Assembly (NCBI GenBank): GCA_963675915.1
Contig: OY780959.1
Location: forward strand, 1,620,001-1,652,000
Direction of reading: 5' to 3'
From: Coprobacillaceae bacterium
Lineage (GTDB): Bacteria > Bacillota_I > Bacilli_A > Erysipelotrichales > Coprobacillaceae
Length of the DNA stretch: 32,000 nucleotides
Below the pieces are notes generated by a model. The model worked only from the letters and a program-made list of their open reading frames with translations, made no database searches and was not told the DNA's origin. The position numbers were made by a program, and so were the translations under genes. Positions 8,984 through 18,781 of the stretch are shown in pieces (the first letter of the stretch is position 1; each line of letters begins with the position of its first letter).

Positions 8984-9889
8984 CTAGTCACCTCTTAGTT
9001 CCTTGATTTTTTTCTCAAAGAACTCCGGTAATTCCGAAGTGAACTCCAGATATTCTCCGGTTCTTGGATGAACAAATCCTAAAGTTTTGGCATGGAGATA
9101 TTGTCCATAAGTGACATCATCTTTGCGGTATCCATATTTCGGATCCCCTAAAACAGGATGATCAATATAAGCCATATGAACCCTGATTTGATGCGTTCTA
9201 CCAGTTTCCAGACGGCATTCGACCAAAGTATAATCGTCGAAACTTTCAACTACGGTGAAGTTGGTAACTGCCTCTTTGGAATTTTCAGATCTTACCGCCA
9301 TTTTTTGGCGGTCTTTAGTGTCGCGTCCGATTGGAGCATCAATTCTCCCATGAGTGTGGGGGAAATTGCCATGGACCAGGGCATAGTAGCTTCTGGTGAC
9401 ACTATGAGCTTTCAATTGTTCTGTTAGTGAACGGTGCGCCAGGTCGTTTTTGGCAACCATCAAAAGTCCTGAGGTTTCCTTATCGATACGATGAACGATT
9501 CCCGGACGCATGACTCCGTTGATTCCCGAAAGGTCATCACAATGTTCCAACAAGGCATTGACCAAGGTCCCGGATACAATGGAAAGCGTCGGATGGACAA
9601 TCATCCCACTGGGTTTGTTGACCACGATGACATCACTATCTTCATATACAACTCCAAAATCCAGTTTTTCCGGTTTGACATCCATATCCTTTGGCGGTAG
9701 GATGGTTACTTCGATTTCATCCCCAACTTCAAGTTTGTATGAAGCTTTTACCGCTTTGCCGTTAACCGTGACCTGGCCATCGGCAATCATATCCTGAATC
9801 TGGCTACGGGACAGATCATCAAGTTCACCAACCAGGTATTTGTCAATCCTTCCGAACCTTTCAGCAATATTAAAATTTACTACTTCCAT
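8984..9889 (-). CDS. rluD: RluA/RluD-family 23S rRNA pseudouridine synthase
   Basis: 301 aa. N-terminal S4 domain, catalytic HRIDKETSGLL motif, and the conserved lspA-rluD pairing. Confidence 0.9.
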   Translation of the reverse strand: MEVVNFNIAERFGRIDKYLVGELDDLSRSQIQDMIADGQVTVNGKAVKASYKLEVGDEIEVTILPPKDMDVKPEKLDFGVVYEDSDVIVVNKPSGMIVHPTLSIVSGTLVNALLEHCDDLSGINGVMRPGIVHRIDKETSGLLMVAKNDLAHRSLTEQLKAHSVTRSYYALVHGNFPHTHGRIDAPIGRDTKDRQKMAVRSENSKEAVTNFTVVESFDDYTLVECRLETGRTHQIRVHMAYIDHPVLGDPKYGYRKDDVTYGQYLHAKTLGFVHPRTGEYLEFTSELPEFFEKKIKELRGD

Positions 9890-10359
9890 TATTCATCCTC
9901 CATAAAAATCTCGATCATCATCAGTCCGACCCCAATCACAATTGCCATGTCGGCAATATTGAAAATCGGGAAATCGTATCCGAATATAATAAAATCAATA
10001 AAGTCGCGCACATAACCGAAGAAAATCCGGTCAATCACATTTCCAAAAAGACCACCGATCACCAGGATCAAACCAAATCGGGTCAACCGCTGTTTGACAT
10101 CAGTCTTGATAAAATAATAACTAAGTGCGATTAAAGCCACAAATGCGAAAGCAATGAAAAATCCGACATGACCTTCAAACATCGACCAAGCCGCACCTTC
10201 GTTTTTAGCATATGTAAAATAAAAGAAATTATCGATTATTTTTACCGAAGCCCCCAATGACATGTTGCTGGAGATGACAATCTTTGACAATTGATCACCA
10301 ATCAGGACAACCATCAATGTGGCTACGTATAATATTAATGAGTTTATATTTTTTTTCAT
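9889..10359 (-). CDS. lspA: Lipoprotein signal peptidase II
   Basis: Motifs NEGAAWSMF, GNVIDR, FPIFNIADM. ATG at 10357-10359 (MKKNIN...) with GGAGA upstream is preferred over the TTG at 10368. Confidence 0.92.
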   Translation of the reverse strand: MKKNINSLILYVATLMVVLIGDQLSKIVISSNMSLGASVKIIDNFFYFTYAKNEGAAWSMFEGHVGFFIAFAFVALIALSYYFIKTDVKQRLTRFGLILVIGGLFGNVIDRIFFGYVRDFIDFIIFGYDFPIFNIADMAIVIGVGLMMIEIFMEDE

Positions 10360-10462
10360 AAAATCCAATCTCCGTCTCTATCCATATTATTAAACCACAT
10401 TTCATAGGGATAGTAAAGACCCACACCAACATTACCGTTTTGACTTTGTCCGATTGGAACGA

Positions 10463-10500
10463 TTAAAAAGCCTTGGATCGGATTTACCAGTCCAAGGCTT
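10463..10500 (-). terminator. Terminator of the Ca-ATPase operon
   Basis: 10-bp stem AAGCCTTGGA / TCCAAGGCTT with a 13-nt loop, then a T run on the minus strand, 7 nt after the stop. Confidence 0.7.
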
Positions 10501-10506
10501 TTACTA

Positions 10507-13104
10507 TTATCTTTTTTTGGTTATCAATTTGGTTATCTCCGAAACCACTACTGTCCCCAGACAGAAAGCGATACAGATAAACCATTGGTTGATGTGCAAC
10601 GGTTCAAGTCTGAAAATCTGACTCAACTCCGGAACTGCCAACAAGACAATCTGCAGAAGCAACCCGCAACCAAACGCTCCCCATAAATAAATATTGGAGA
10701 ACAGTCTTTTAGAAATGATCGAGTGGTGGGTTTTAACATTGAAAGCATGTACCAACTGGCTGCCGCTTAGAGTGATAAACGCCATCGTCATCCCGATTTC
10801 ATGATTGATTTTATTACCAATCGCATAGGAAATCAGAGTGAAAGCCCCAATCATAACCCCTTGCCAAGCGATGGTCATTCCCAGACCATTGGCAAAGAAT
10901 CCTTCTTTTTTAGGACGTGGTTTCCTTTCCATGATATCCTCTTCAACCGGCTCCATTCCCAGCGCGAACGCAGGCAGGGAATCTGTAATCAGATTTACCC
11001 AGAGCAAGTGAATCGGAAGTAACGGAACCCCGAAACTGGCATCGGTGAACAGAGTGATTAATGAAGCTCCAAAGATTGTCAGAACTTCACCGATATTGCT
11101 GCTTAACAGGAACTGCACGTCTTTTTTGATGTTGTCATAAATCCCGCGACCTTCCTTGATTGAATGGATTATGGTCGCAAAGTTGTCATCAGTCAGAATC
11201 ATAGATGCGGCTCCTTTGGCAACATCGGTACCGGTTATCCCCATAGCACATCCGATATCCGCCTGTTTCAGGGCCGGAGCGTCATTGACGCCATCTCCGG
11301 TCATTGCGACAACCTTGTTATGGGATTGCCAAGCCCGGACGATCCGAACTTTGTGTTCCGGCGCCACTCGGGCATAAACCGAATAATGTTCGACTTTGTC
11401 TGCAAGTTCTTCATCACTCATTTCATTAAGCGCATCGCCGCTGATGGCTTCTTCTCCCGGTGAAAGAATTCCCAGTGAAGTCGCTATCGCCGCAGCTGTA
11501 TCCACATGATCTCCGGTGATCATGATTGTTCTGACTCCGGCTTTTTTAGCTTCTTTTACCGCCGCCTTGGCTTCTTGGCGTGGTGGGTCGATCATTCCGA
11601 CCAATCCGACAAACTCGAGATCATTCTCAACCATTTCACTGGTCAATACGTCAGGAACTTTATCGAGATGTTTGATTCCAACCGCCAGAACCCGCAAGGC
11701 CTTGTTTGCCATTTGGGAATTAGCTTCGATTCTAGCATCATGATTGTTGTCTTTGCATCTTTCATAGATGACATCCGGACCACCTTTGGTGATCTGGAGG
11801 AATTTATCCCCGTCTTTGACGATTACGGTCATCATTTTTCGGTCGCTGTCAAAAGCAAGTTCAGCTACTCGAGGATGATTGTCCATCAGAGTGCTTTTTT
11901 GGTAACCATTGACCATACTTGCCTTGACCAGCGCTGTCTCGGTCGGATCTCCGACTTCGACTTCACGGTCGCCCACCATCGAAATGGTGGCATCTGAGCA
12001 CAAAGTGAAATAATTGAGCATCTCGATAGTCTTGCTTGTGGCCGTTTCAATTTTTTCGACCTCCTCACCATCAAGATATGTTCGTACTACCGTCATTTTG
12101 TTTTGAGTAAGCGTTCCCGTCTTATCCGAGCAGACAATCGAAGTCGCACCCAGCGTTTCAACCGCAGGCAACGACTTTACAATCGCGTTGCGTTGGGCCA
12201 TTTTGGAAACTGAAAGAGCCAGAACAACCGTTACTACAGTTGCCAATCCTTCAGGGATTGCCGCAACAGCCAAAGCTACCGCTGTTTTGAAGGCTTCCAG
12301 AATTCCGACATTAGAGTAAACCTGAATTCCAAATACAATAGCGACAATCACGATACAGATTATCCCGATTGCCCTTCCGATATTGTCAAGTTGCACTTGC
12401 AGCGGTGTCTTTTGGGTTTCGGTATCCGAAAGCATCGAGGCAATTTTTCCGACCTCGTTGTTGTTACCGGTTGCCGTAACCAGTACCAGCCCCCGACCAT
12501 AAGTGACATTGCACGAAGAATACACCATATTCAAACGGTCCCCCATGGAAACGTCTTGCTTTTCAATCAAAGCGACATTTTTGTCTACCGGTACCGACTC
12601 TCCAGTCAGGGCCGATTCATCCACTTTCAGATTGGCTGCTTCGATAATTCTACCATCACTGGCAACCCGGTCTCCGGCTTCAAGGACCATGATGTCCCCC
12701 GCTACCACCTGATTGCTTTCAATTGTCTGCGCCGCCCCATCGCGGATTACTTTTGCTTTTGGCGCCGCCAGCTGTTCCAAGGCCTCCAAGGCCTTTTCAG
12801 CATTATTCTCCTGGACCAAACCTAAAATCGCATTGACGACAACCACAAAAACGATTATCGCCGAATCAATCCATTCATGGGAATCGACAATTATCGAAAT
12901 GATTGCCGCAGCAATCAGAATCAGAGTAAGAGCATCCTTGAACTGAAGCAAGAACCTCTTCCACATCGGAACTTTTTGTTTCTTTTCCAACTCATTTTTA
13001 CCGAACTTTTCGCGGTTAACAGTCACTTGCGCTTCGGTTAGACCGTTTTTGAGATCAGTATCGAAATCCTTGGCCAGTTTTTCCACTGTTTCGTTGTATA
13101 TCAT
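10507..13104 (-). CDS. P-type Ca2+-transporting ATPase (P2A, YloB-like)
   Basis: Motifs TGES, CSDKTGTLTQNKM, MITGDH, TGDGVNDAPALKQADIG, and ten predicted TM segments. ATG at 13102-13104 with AAGGAG 8 nt upstream is preferred over the GTG at 13113. Confidence 0.93.
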   Translation of the reverse strand: MIYNETVEKLAKDFDTDLKNGLTEAQVTVNREKFGKNELEKKQKVPMWKRFLLQFKDALTLILIAAAIISIIVDSHEWIDSAIIVFVVVVNAILGLVQENNAEKALEALEQLAAPKAKVIRDGAAQTIESNQVVAGDIMVLEAGDRVASDGRIIEAANLKVDESALTGESVPVDKNVALIEKQDVSMGDRLNMVYSSCNVTYGRGLVLVTATGNNNEVGKIASMLSDTETQKTPLQVQLDNIGRAIGIICIVIVAIVFGIQVYSNVGILEAFKTAVALAVAAIPEGLATVVTVVLALSVSKMAQRNAIVKSLPAVETLGATSIVCSDKTGTLTQNKMTVVRTYLDGEEVEKIETATSKTIEMLNYFTLCSDATISMVGDREVEVGDPTETALVKASMVNGYQKSTLMDNHPRVAELAFDSDRKMMTVIVKDGDKFLQITKGGPDVIYERCKDNNHDARIEANSQMANKALRVLAVGIKHLDKVPDVLTSEMVENDLEFVGLVGMIDPPRQEAKAAVKEAKKAGVRTIMITGDHVDTAAAIATSLGILSPGEEAISGDALNEMSDEELADKVEHYSVYARVAPEHKVRIVRAWQSHNKVVAMTGDGVNDAPALKQADIGCAMGITGTDVAKGAASMILTDDNFATIIHSIKEGRGIYDNIKKDVQFLLSSNIGEVLTIFGASLITLFTDASFGVPLLPIHLLWVNLITDSLPAFALGMEPVEEDIMERKPRPKKEGFFANGLGMTIAWQGVMIGAFTLISYAIGNKINHEIGMTMAFITLSGSQLVHAFNVKTHHSIISKRLFSNIYLWGAFGCGLLLQIVLLAVPELSQIFRLEPLHINQWFICIAFCLGTVVVSEITKLITKKR

Positions 13105-13118
13105 AATCCACACTCCTT

Positions 13119-13379
13119 TTAATGAGAGTTTCGCGAGCGCGAACAGTCGTTGGAACGGCTTGAACCGTCATTGAGGACTATTGCATTCACTTCTTCAACA
13201 TTCAATATATTCAGAATCGTCAGTCTTTTATGCCCGTCGACGCATTGGTAGCCGTCTTCAAGGACATTGACCTTGATGCAAAAAGAAAGACCGATTCTTT
13301 CGATTGAAGCCAGCAGACTTTCATCAAAGTCTTTGGTTTCATATTCGATTTTTCCAATAGGAATTTTAATGATTCTCAC
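13119..13379 (-). CDS. Small ParB/Srx-like N-terminal-domain protein (86 aa)
   Basis: GTG start with AAGGA 9 nt upstream; overlaps the murE 3' end by 14 nt. The stop lies 14 nt before the ATPase ATG. IPIGKIEY...DESLLASIERIGLSFCIKV...GYQCVDGHKRL fits the ParB N-domain pattern (..SI...G...PI.V....Y.ii.G.RR). Confidence 0.5.
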   Translation of the reverse strand: MRIIKIPIGKIEYETKDFDESLLASIERIGLSFCIKVNVLEDGYQCVDGHKRLTILNILNVEEVNAIVLNDGSSRSNDCSRSRNSH

Positions 13380-14748
13380 TGTTTTTTTCCTTTATGTATT
13401 CTTCCACTTCTTCATAGTCACTGAAGTGGAATTTTTCATTTCTGATGAGCTGGTAGTTTTCATGGCCTTTGCCAAGCACCAGCAAGACATCATTGTCTTC
13501 AAGCAGATCAATGCCCCCGCGGATTGCTTCACGCCGATCTTCGATCACAATATAGTTGTCCGATTCCAGACCTTCAATCATATCCGCGATAATTTCACTC
13601 GGTTCCTCATTACGGGGATTGTCATTGGTGAAGACAACCTGATCACTGTAATCGCAGGCCACCTTGGCCATCAGCGGTCGTTTCCTTTTGTCCCGGTTAC
13701 CACCACAGCCAACTACGGTAAACACCCTGCGGGCAGTCGTTTCCCTGACCGTCTTGCAGACATTTTCGATAGCGTCGGGAGTATGGGCATAGTCGATGAA
13801 AACCGTATTGGTTCCCATTTTAAGATATGACATCCTGCCCTCGGGAGCCTGGAGATTTCCATTTTCAGCCAGAACACTGTCAATGTCACAATCCAGGGCC
13901 ACCACTATCATCAAACTGGTCAGATAATTGTAAATATTGTACTTGCCAATCAAATTGATGGTGGTTTGATAATTTTTATTTTGGTAAGTGAACCCCAACT
14001 GGGTCTGGTTATGTTCAATCAGGTAATTGTCGATATTGACATCACCGCCGTTTTCCTTGATTTGAATATTGTGGTTCCCTTCAAGGACGAAATCCCGGCC
14101 ATGGGGATCATCCCCGTTTATGATTGCAACTTTCCCCGCCCTTGTAAGTTTGAACAGTTCAAGTTTTGTCGCCAGATAGTTTTCCATCGTTTTATGGAAA
14201 TCCAGATGATCCTGAGTAAGATTGGTGAACGCCACAACATCGAATTCCAGACCATGAATCCGACCATAGGCAATCGCATGGGACGATACTTCCATGATCA
14301 CTGCATCGCAATCCTGGCTGGAACATTCAAGCAACAGGCTATAAAGAACATCCAGATCAGGAGTGGTATTGTTGAGCGGACGGGATTTACCATTGACATA
14401 GAAACCGATAGTTCCAATATAACCCACTTTCTTACCTTGAGCCATCATCATTTCATAACTCATGTATCCGATGCTGGTCTTGCCGTTGGTCCCAGTAATT
14501 CCGACCAGTTTCATTTTAGAAATCAGCGGATAGTAATTTTCAGTCAGATATTCTTTGAAATATTCCCGAGTGTCCTCGACTACAACTGTCTCCACCGGAT
14601 AACTTCCATGTTCGACAATGACCTTGACCGCCCCGTTTTCAAGGGCTTTTCCCACATAATCATGGCCGTCTCGTTCAACGCCGACAATAGCGATGAAGGT
14701 ATCCCCAGGCTTGACTTTTCGAGAATCCGTCTTCAATGCGATTTCCAT
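13366..14748 (-). CDS. murE: UDP-MurNAc-L-Ala-D-Glu:2,6-diaminopimelate ligase
   Basis: 460 aa. P-loop GITGTNGKTS, Mur ligase middle and C domains. The DNPR motif (TNDNPRNEEP) is typical of meso-DAP-adding MurE. Confidence 0.92.
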   Translation of the reverse strand: MEIALKTDSRKVKPGDTFIAIVGVERDGHDYVGKALENGAVKVIVEHGSYPVETVVVEDTREYFKEYLTENYYPLISKMKLVGITGTNGKTSIGYMSYEMMMAQGKKVGYIGTIGFYVNGKSRPLNNTTPDLDVLYSLLLECSSQDCDAVIMEVSSHAIAYGRIHGLEFDVVAFTNLTQDHLDFHKTMENYLATKLELFKLTRAGKVAIINGDDPHGRDFVLEGNHNIQIKENGGDVNIDNYLIEHNQTQLGFTYQNKNYQTTINLIGKYNIYNYLTSLMIVVALDCDIDSVLAENGNLQAPEGRMSYLKMGTNTVFIDYAHTPDAIENVCKTVRETTARRVFTVVGCGGNRDKRKRPLMAKVACDYSDQVVFTNDNPRNEEPSEIIADMIEGLESDNYIVIEDRREAIRGGIDLLEDNDVLLVLGKGHENYQLIRNEKFHFSDYEEVEEYIKEKNSENH

Positions 14749-15291
14749 TTAGATCTCCGGATATTCGATCAATTCACAGTTTGGCACTTGCTCATTGAAT
14801 ATTTCTTCATTGGTTCTGTCGTAATAATATGTATTGATGGTTCGAATGATTCCGTTATGGCAAACCAGCAGAATTTTCTTGTCAGGATATTTTTCCTTCA
14901 ATTCATTGATGAAGTTGTACACTCTGGTAACGACTTCGAAATAAGATTCTCCACCAGGATATCTGACCCCGTGATTTTTCTTGAATTCATAGAATGCACT
15001 ATTGTCCCGAGAATCACCTTCAAATTCCCCAAAATCAATCTCGATGATGCGCTCATCCTTGATGTTGGGACAAGCCTGTCTTGCACAGACAATATCACCA
15101 GTAAGATATGCCCGTTTCAACGGTGAAGAGAACACCATATCGAATTGGATATTGCTCAGCTCTTCCCCTAATTCTTTTGCTTGGTCAATCCCTTGTGGAT
15201 TAAGTGAAACATCAGATACTCCACAAATTAAATTCTCAATATTTGCCGTCGTTTGACCATGACGTGCTGTGTATAATTTCATATTCATCAC
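14749..15291 (-). CDS. Histidine phosphatase family protein (phosphoglycerate mutase-like)
   Basis: 180 aa. RHGQT catalytic motif at the N-terminus and a second His in LVCHNG. Start is ambiguous among the GTG/ATG codons in MMNM. Confidence 0.85.
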   Translation of the reverse strand: MMNMKLYTARHGQTTANIENLICGVSDVSLNPQGIDQAKELGEELSNIQFDMVFSSPLKRAYLTGDIVCARQACPNIKDERIIEIDFGEFEGDSRDNSAFYEFKKNHGVRYPGGESYFEVVTRVYNFINELKEKYPDKKILLVCHNGIIRTINTYYYDRTNEEIFNEQVPNCELIEYPEI

Positions 15292-15351
15292 CCACTGTCT
15301 ATTGTACCATATTTACAATAATAATTTAATACAATTTACGGCTGTAACCAC

Positions 15352-15374
15352 TAAAAAAAAACGGACATGTCCGT
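15352..15374 (-). terminator. Terminator after the CHAD gene
   Basis: Palindrome ACGGACATGTCCGT followed on the minus strand by a T9 run. Confidence 0.8.
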
Positions 15375-15379
15375 TTTAA

Positions 15380-16420
15380 TTATTTAATGAAGTTCCGGAA
15401 TTTTTGATTGAATTCGACAACCAGTTCATGAATATCGGTATCTTCAATCGCCATTTTCAAAATCAGGATTTTGTTTTGCTGGTCATGGATCTGACCGAGC
15501 AAATCAGTCAACTCCTTAACCTGGTCAAAATAGTCTTCGTCTTGATAGTTGCACATCTCAAGAACATATTTGAGTTCCTTGAAAACCAGGCGCAGACGAT
15601 GATAACCACAAAGGGGAATATAGTCCTTGTCAAAAAATACCGCCGCACAGTATATCCGATCCTGAATGGAACTGATGACATTCAGGTTGACTTGGTCGGC
15701 TTTGAAACAAAGCAAGTCGCCTTCGCAATTGCTGATTTTTCTTACCAGATAGTTTTTCTTGAGCATCTTGACAATCATCCGGTCATATTTGTTCCGTTTG
15801 ATCAATTTAAAAGACTTGGCCGAATATTTCTCCCTTTTGATTTTCAGTTCACTTAGACCGGTCAGTTCGAACATGATGTCAATGTCCCTGATTTTGCCAA
15901 GGCTCTTGAACACAACCTTCAATTCATCGATCAGATTAAGCAACTTCTTTTTGAGATAGGGACAATAAAAGGTTTTGATAACCAGCAGTCTTTTGATAGC
16001 GACCCGGATGTCATGGACATTTTCAACTGTTAGTTCCTTACCTACCAGAACTTCCAGTTTTTCCAACTGCTCAATGACGTAATTGTTGAGCTGATAAGTA
16101 ATCAGATTTTTCGGAACGACCTCGGGTATCTTGGAATCCATCGAATAAATAAAGAGCGCTTCATCATAGACGATATTGCCAAGACCCTCCTGGTAGAATG
16201 CATCCGGAACAATGAGCGAAATATCACAAAAATAAGGGCTGAGTGATTTCAGTATGTAGGCTTTCGCCATTTTATGGGCCAGAATCTCATTTTCATGTTG
16301 CTTGAAAAAATATTGATAAATAGCCTCAATATTAACAGGGGAAATTTCAATCTCGTTTTCAAAGGAAAAATCAAAACCTATCCCAGGAACATATTCCATA
16401 AACATCACCTCTAAAGACAT
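15380..16420 (-). CDS. CHAD-domain protein with an unassigned ~115-aa N-terminal region
   Basis: 346 aa. Two CHAD half-repeats are seen: VHDIRVAIKRL...LGKIRDIDI and YHRLRLVFKELKYVLE...LGQIHDQQ. Confidence 0.6.
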   Translation of the reverse strand: MSLEVMFMEYVPGIGFDFSFENEIEISPVNIEAIYQYFFKQHENEILAHKMAKAYILKSLSPYFCDISLIVPDAFYQEGLGNIVYDEALFIYSMDSKIPEVVPKNLITYQLNNYVIEQLEKLEVLVGKELTVENVHDIRVAIKRLLVIKTFYCPYLKKKLLNLIDELKVVFKSLGKIRDIDIMFELTGLSELKIKREKYSAKSFKLIKRNKYDRMIVKMLKKNYLVRKISNCEGDLLCFKADQVNLNVISSIQDRIYCAAVFFDKDYIPLCGYHRLRLVFKELKYVLEMCNYQDEDYFDQVKELTDLLGQIHDQQNKILILKMAIEDTDIHELVVEFNQKFRNFIK

Positions 16421-16479
16421 TTTACCACAAAATTGTTACGCATTAACCAAAAAATATCGGTAAAATCATAACAATTTTC

Positions 16480-18720
16480 TTAAAACCCTAACAAATCCAG
16501 CAATTTCTCTTCAACCTGGCGGTTTTTCCCTTGATAGGGATAATCATGGATATGGATTGCCGGGTTGAAATTGATCTCAATTATCCCATATTCATCCTCT
16601 TCCAAATCCGGAATGATCATGTCGACCCCGCAAATTCTGGCATCTACCGCTTGGGCAGCCTTGACAGCAATATCCTTGTGATATGAACTGATAACATCAG
16701 TATAGTCGATACTGGTACCGCCGGTGGAAATATTCGAATTATCGCGTAGAATCACTTCCTGATTTTTGCCAGGAACCGAATCCAGATTAAGATTTTGACT
16801 TGTGAGCACCTGTTTCTCGATTGGCCCCACCTTAATTTTTTGGAGCGGCTTATTATAGTTTTCGCCCCGTAGTGGATTTTGGTTTTCCCGGGAAATCAAT
16901 TGGCTGACTGTCGCAACCCCATCTCCGATAACACTGGCGTTTTTTCGATGCAGTATCGCCGCCACTTCATCGCCGATAACCAGAAAACGGTATTCCTTTC
17001 CGGTAATAAAATCTTCAATCAGAACCTCACTGTCCTCATCAAAAGCGTTATTAAGCGCAATCTCATATTCACTCCTGTCAAACTCCCGATCAAAAATCGA
17101 GATTCCCAGACCAAAATTTGTCGAGCGGGGCTTAATGACGATTTTTTTATCCCTAACCTGATTGTAAGCCGCTTTGGCAAGATCAATTGATGCGAAATTT
17201 AAAGACGAAGGAGTTTTTATGCCCGCTTTTTCCAAAAAATATTTTGAGGCTATTTTGTTTTCCATGATCAAGTACGTCATGTAACTGTCCAAACCGGTTT
17301 TTGTCGCCTGTTTGACATACTGCTCATGTTTGGAGCTTGATATCCTGATAAAATTATCCCGACGATCAACCATTTCAATCTTCAAGCCGCGGCGAATAGC
17401 CCCTTTGATCAATAGTTGAGTTGAAAGTTCGAGATCCCCATAACCAATCAATCCGTAATTAGCAAGAGATTCATCTTTAAATCGCTTAGCTTGTCCCAGA
17501 TTGAATTTCAAATATCCCTTTTCTTTAACCGCTTGAGTGTAGCGGTCAATGTGTCGATCTTGACTTTTGCACCGTTTGGCAACAATTTCCAGGGCTTTTC
17601 GATATTGTTCGGGCATCTGTTGATAATCCGCCAGGGCCTTTTTAATTTCCTGATGGATATTGAGTGACTTTTGATGATAAGAATCATTTGCAGCCATATT
17701 GGCGAACCTTTCTTTGAACAATTCAAATTTCTCCGGATTGAGTTCGATTGACGGTTTGACCAGGCAAAATATCAAAAACAGATGGAGATAATACAAATCA
17801 TTAATGTCCACATTGCTTCGGATAAACGGATTTAAGTCGATAACTCGGACTTCCAAATAATCAATTCCGGTTTTCAGATCATTACCAGGCTTAGCCTTGA
17901 GTCTTATCGGGGCATAAAATTCGCGAGCCGATTTGATAGTTCCCTGGGATATTGCCCGATCCAAGGATTCGTGATAATTATCCAGTGAACTATAATCTAC
18001 CCAAAAGTTCGACTTGTTTTGATAGCCATCTTTGCTGTTGCGGTAACTAACCATGTTCCTGCACATTATTTCATCAGGCTTGATAGTTTCAAGCTCACAG
18101 TCCGGTCCGCCAAATTCCTTTAGATAGGCATTACTCGCCCCAAACAGGCACGGAAGCAGATAACTGTAACGGTGGAAATTCCGGACTACATGTAAATATA
18201 ACCGATTTTGGAAATCACGGAAACTCCCTTTGCTGCTGTCATACAAACCGTAAATCAGCTTTTCATCAAAACTGAAGTTGAAATGAATCCCCGACAGCAG
18301 TTGGCGTTTTTTACCATAAGCTTCAACCAGATGCTTTCGATATTCGGATTCAGGACTTCCCTCGGGGAACTTGGCCACTTCGATATTATCCTCATTTTTA
18401 AATCTTGGAGGCATCGACTGCGGCCATAGATATTCATTTTCAAGGGAGCCGGCAACAATGTCATTGAGATCAACCATGCAATTATATGCCTTATCGATAG
18501 CATCGAAAGGCGGGGTGATGATTTCAACTTGACTCTCGCCAAAATCGACGGTGATATAGGGGTTTTCCCTTTTATCGCCAAACACTTTGGGATGAGGGGT
18601 AGTGGTAATATTCCCAGCTTCATCAACCCGGATATTTTCCTTTTCCAAGCCGAACACCCCTTCATAAAGGCAATCAATTTTCTTTGCCCTGATTTCTTTT
18701 CCATAATTCATAGACTTCAC
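16480..18720 (-). CDS. gshF: Bifunctional glutamate-cysteine ligase / glutathione synthetase
   Basis: 746 aa. N-terminal gamma-GCL region (FGLEKENIRV...TPHPKVFG...YITVDFGESQVEIITPP) fused to a C-terminal ATP-grasp domain (...IIEINFNPAIHIH). Size and architecture match GshF/GshAB. Confidence 0.9.
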   Translation of the reverse strand: MKSMNYGKEIRAKKIDCLYEGVFGLEKENIRVDEAGNITTTPHPKVFGDKRENPYITVDFGESQVEIITPPFDAIDKAYNCMVDLNDIVAGSLENEYLWPQSMPPRFKNEDNIEVAKFPEGSPESEYRKHLVEAYGKKRQLLSGIHFNFSFDEKLIYGLYDSSKGSFRDFQNRLYLHVVRNFHRYSYLLPCLFGASNAYLKEFGGPDCELETIKPDEIMCRNMVSYRNSKDGYQNKSNFWVDYSSLDNYHESLDRAISQGTIKSAREFYAPIRLKAKPGNDLKTGIDYLEVRVIDLNPFIRSNVDINDLYYLHLFLIFCLVKPSIELNPEKFELFKERFANMAANDSYHQKSLNIHQEIKKALADYQQMPEQYRKALEIVAKRCKSQDRHIDRYTQAVKEKGYLKFNLGQAKRFKDESLANYGLIGYGDLELSTQLLIKGAIRRGLKIEMVDRRDNFIRISSSKHEQYVKQATKTGLDSYMTYLIMENKIASKYFLEKAGIKTPSSLNFASIDLAKAAYNQVRDKKIVIKPRSTNFGLGISIFDREFDRSEYEIALNNAFDEDSEVLIEDFITGKEYRFLVIGDEVAAILHRKNASVIGDGVATVSQLISRENQNPLRGENYNKPLQKIKVGPIEKQVLTSQNLNLDSVPGKNQEVILRDNSNISTGGTSIDYTDVISSYHKDIAVKAAQAVDARICGVDMIIPDLEEDEYGIIEINFNPAIHIHDYPYQGKNRQVEEKLLDLLGF

Positions 18721-18781
18721 CTCGCTATAATTATATCCTTATTCCAGGCAAACACAAATCATATACCAGCAATTTCGAAAC

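Noticed and set aside
13966-15126. 386-aa plus-strand ORF spanning the murE / histidine-phosphatase junction
   Set aside because: It is entirely antisense to two well-supported genes with clear motifs. The translation is the I/F/D/N-rich, motif-free sequence typical of a shadow frame in AT-rich genomes, with no RBS. The same reasoning applies to 8397-8918, 11506-11997, 12391-12825, 13267-13830, 15404-15856, 24509-24931 and 26229-26738.
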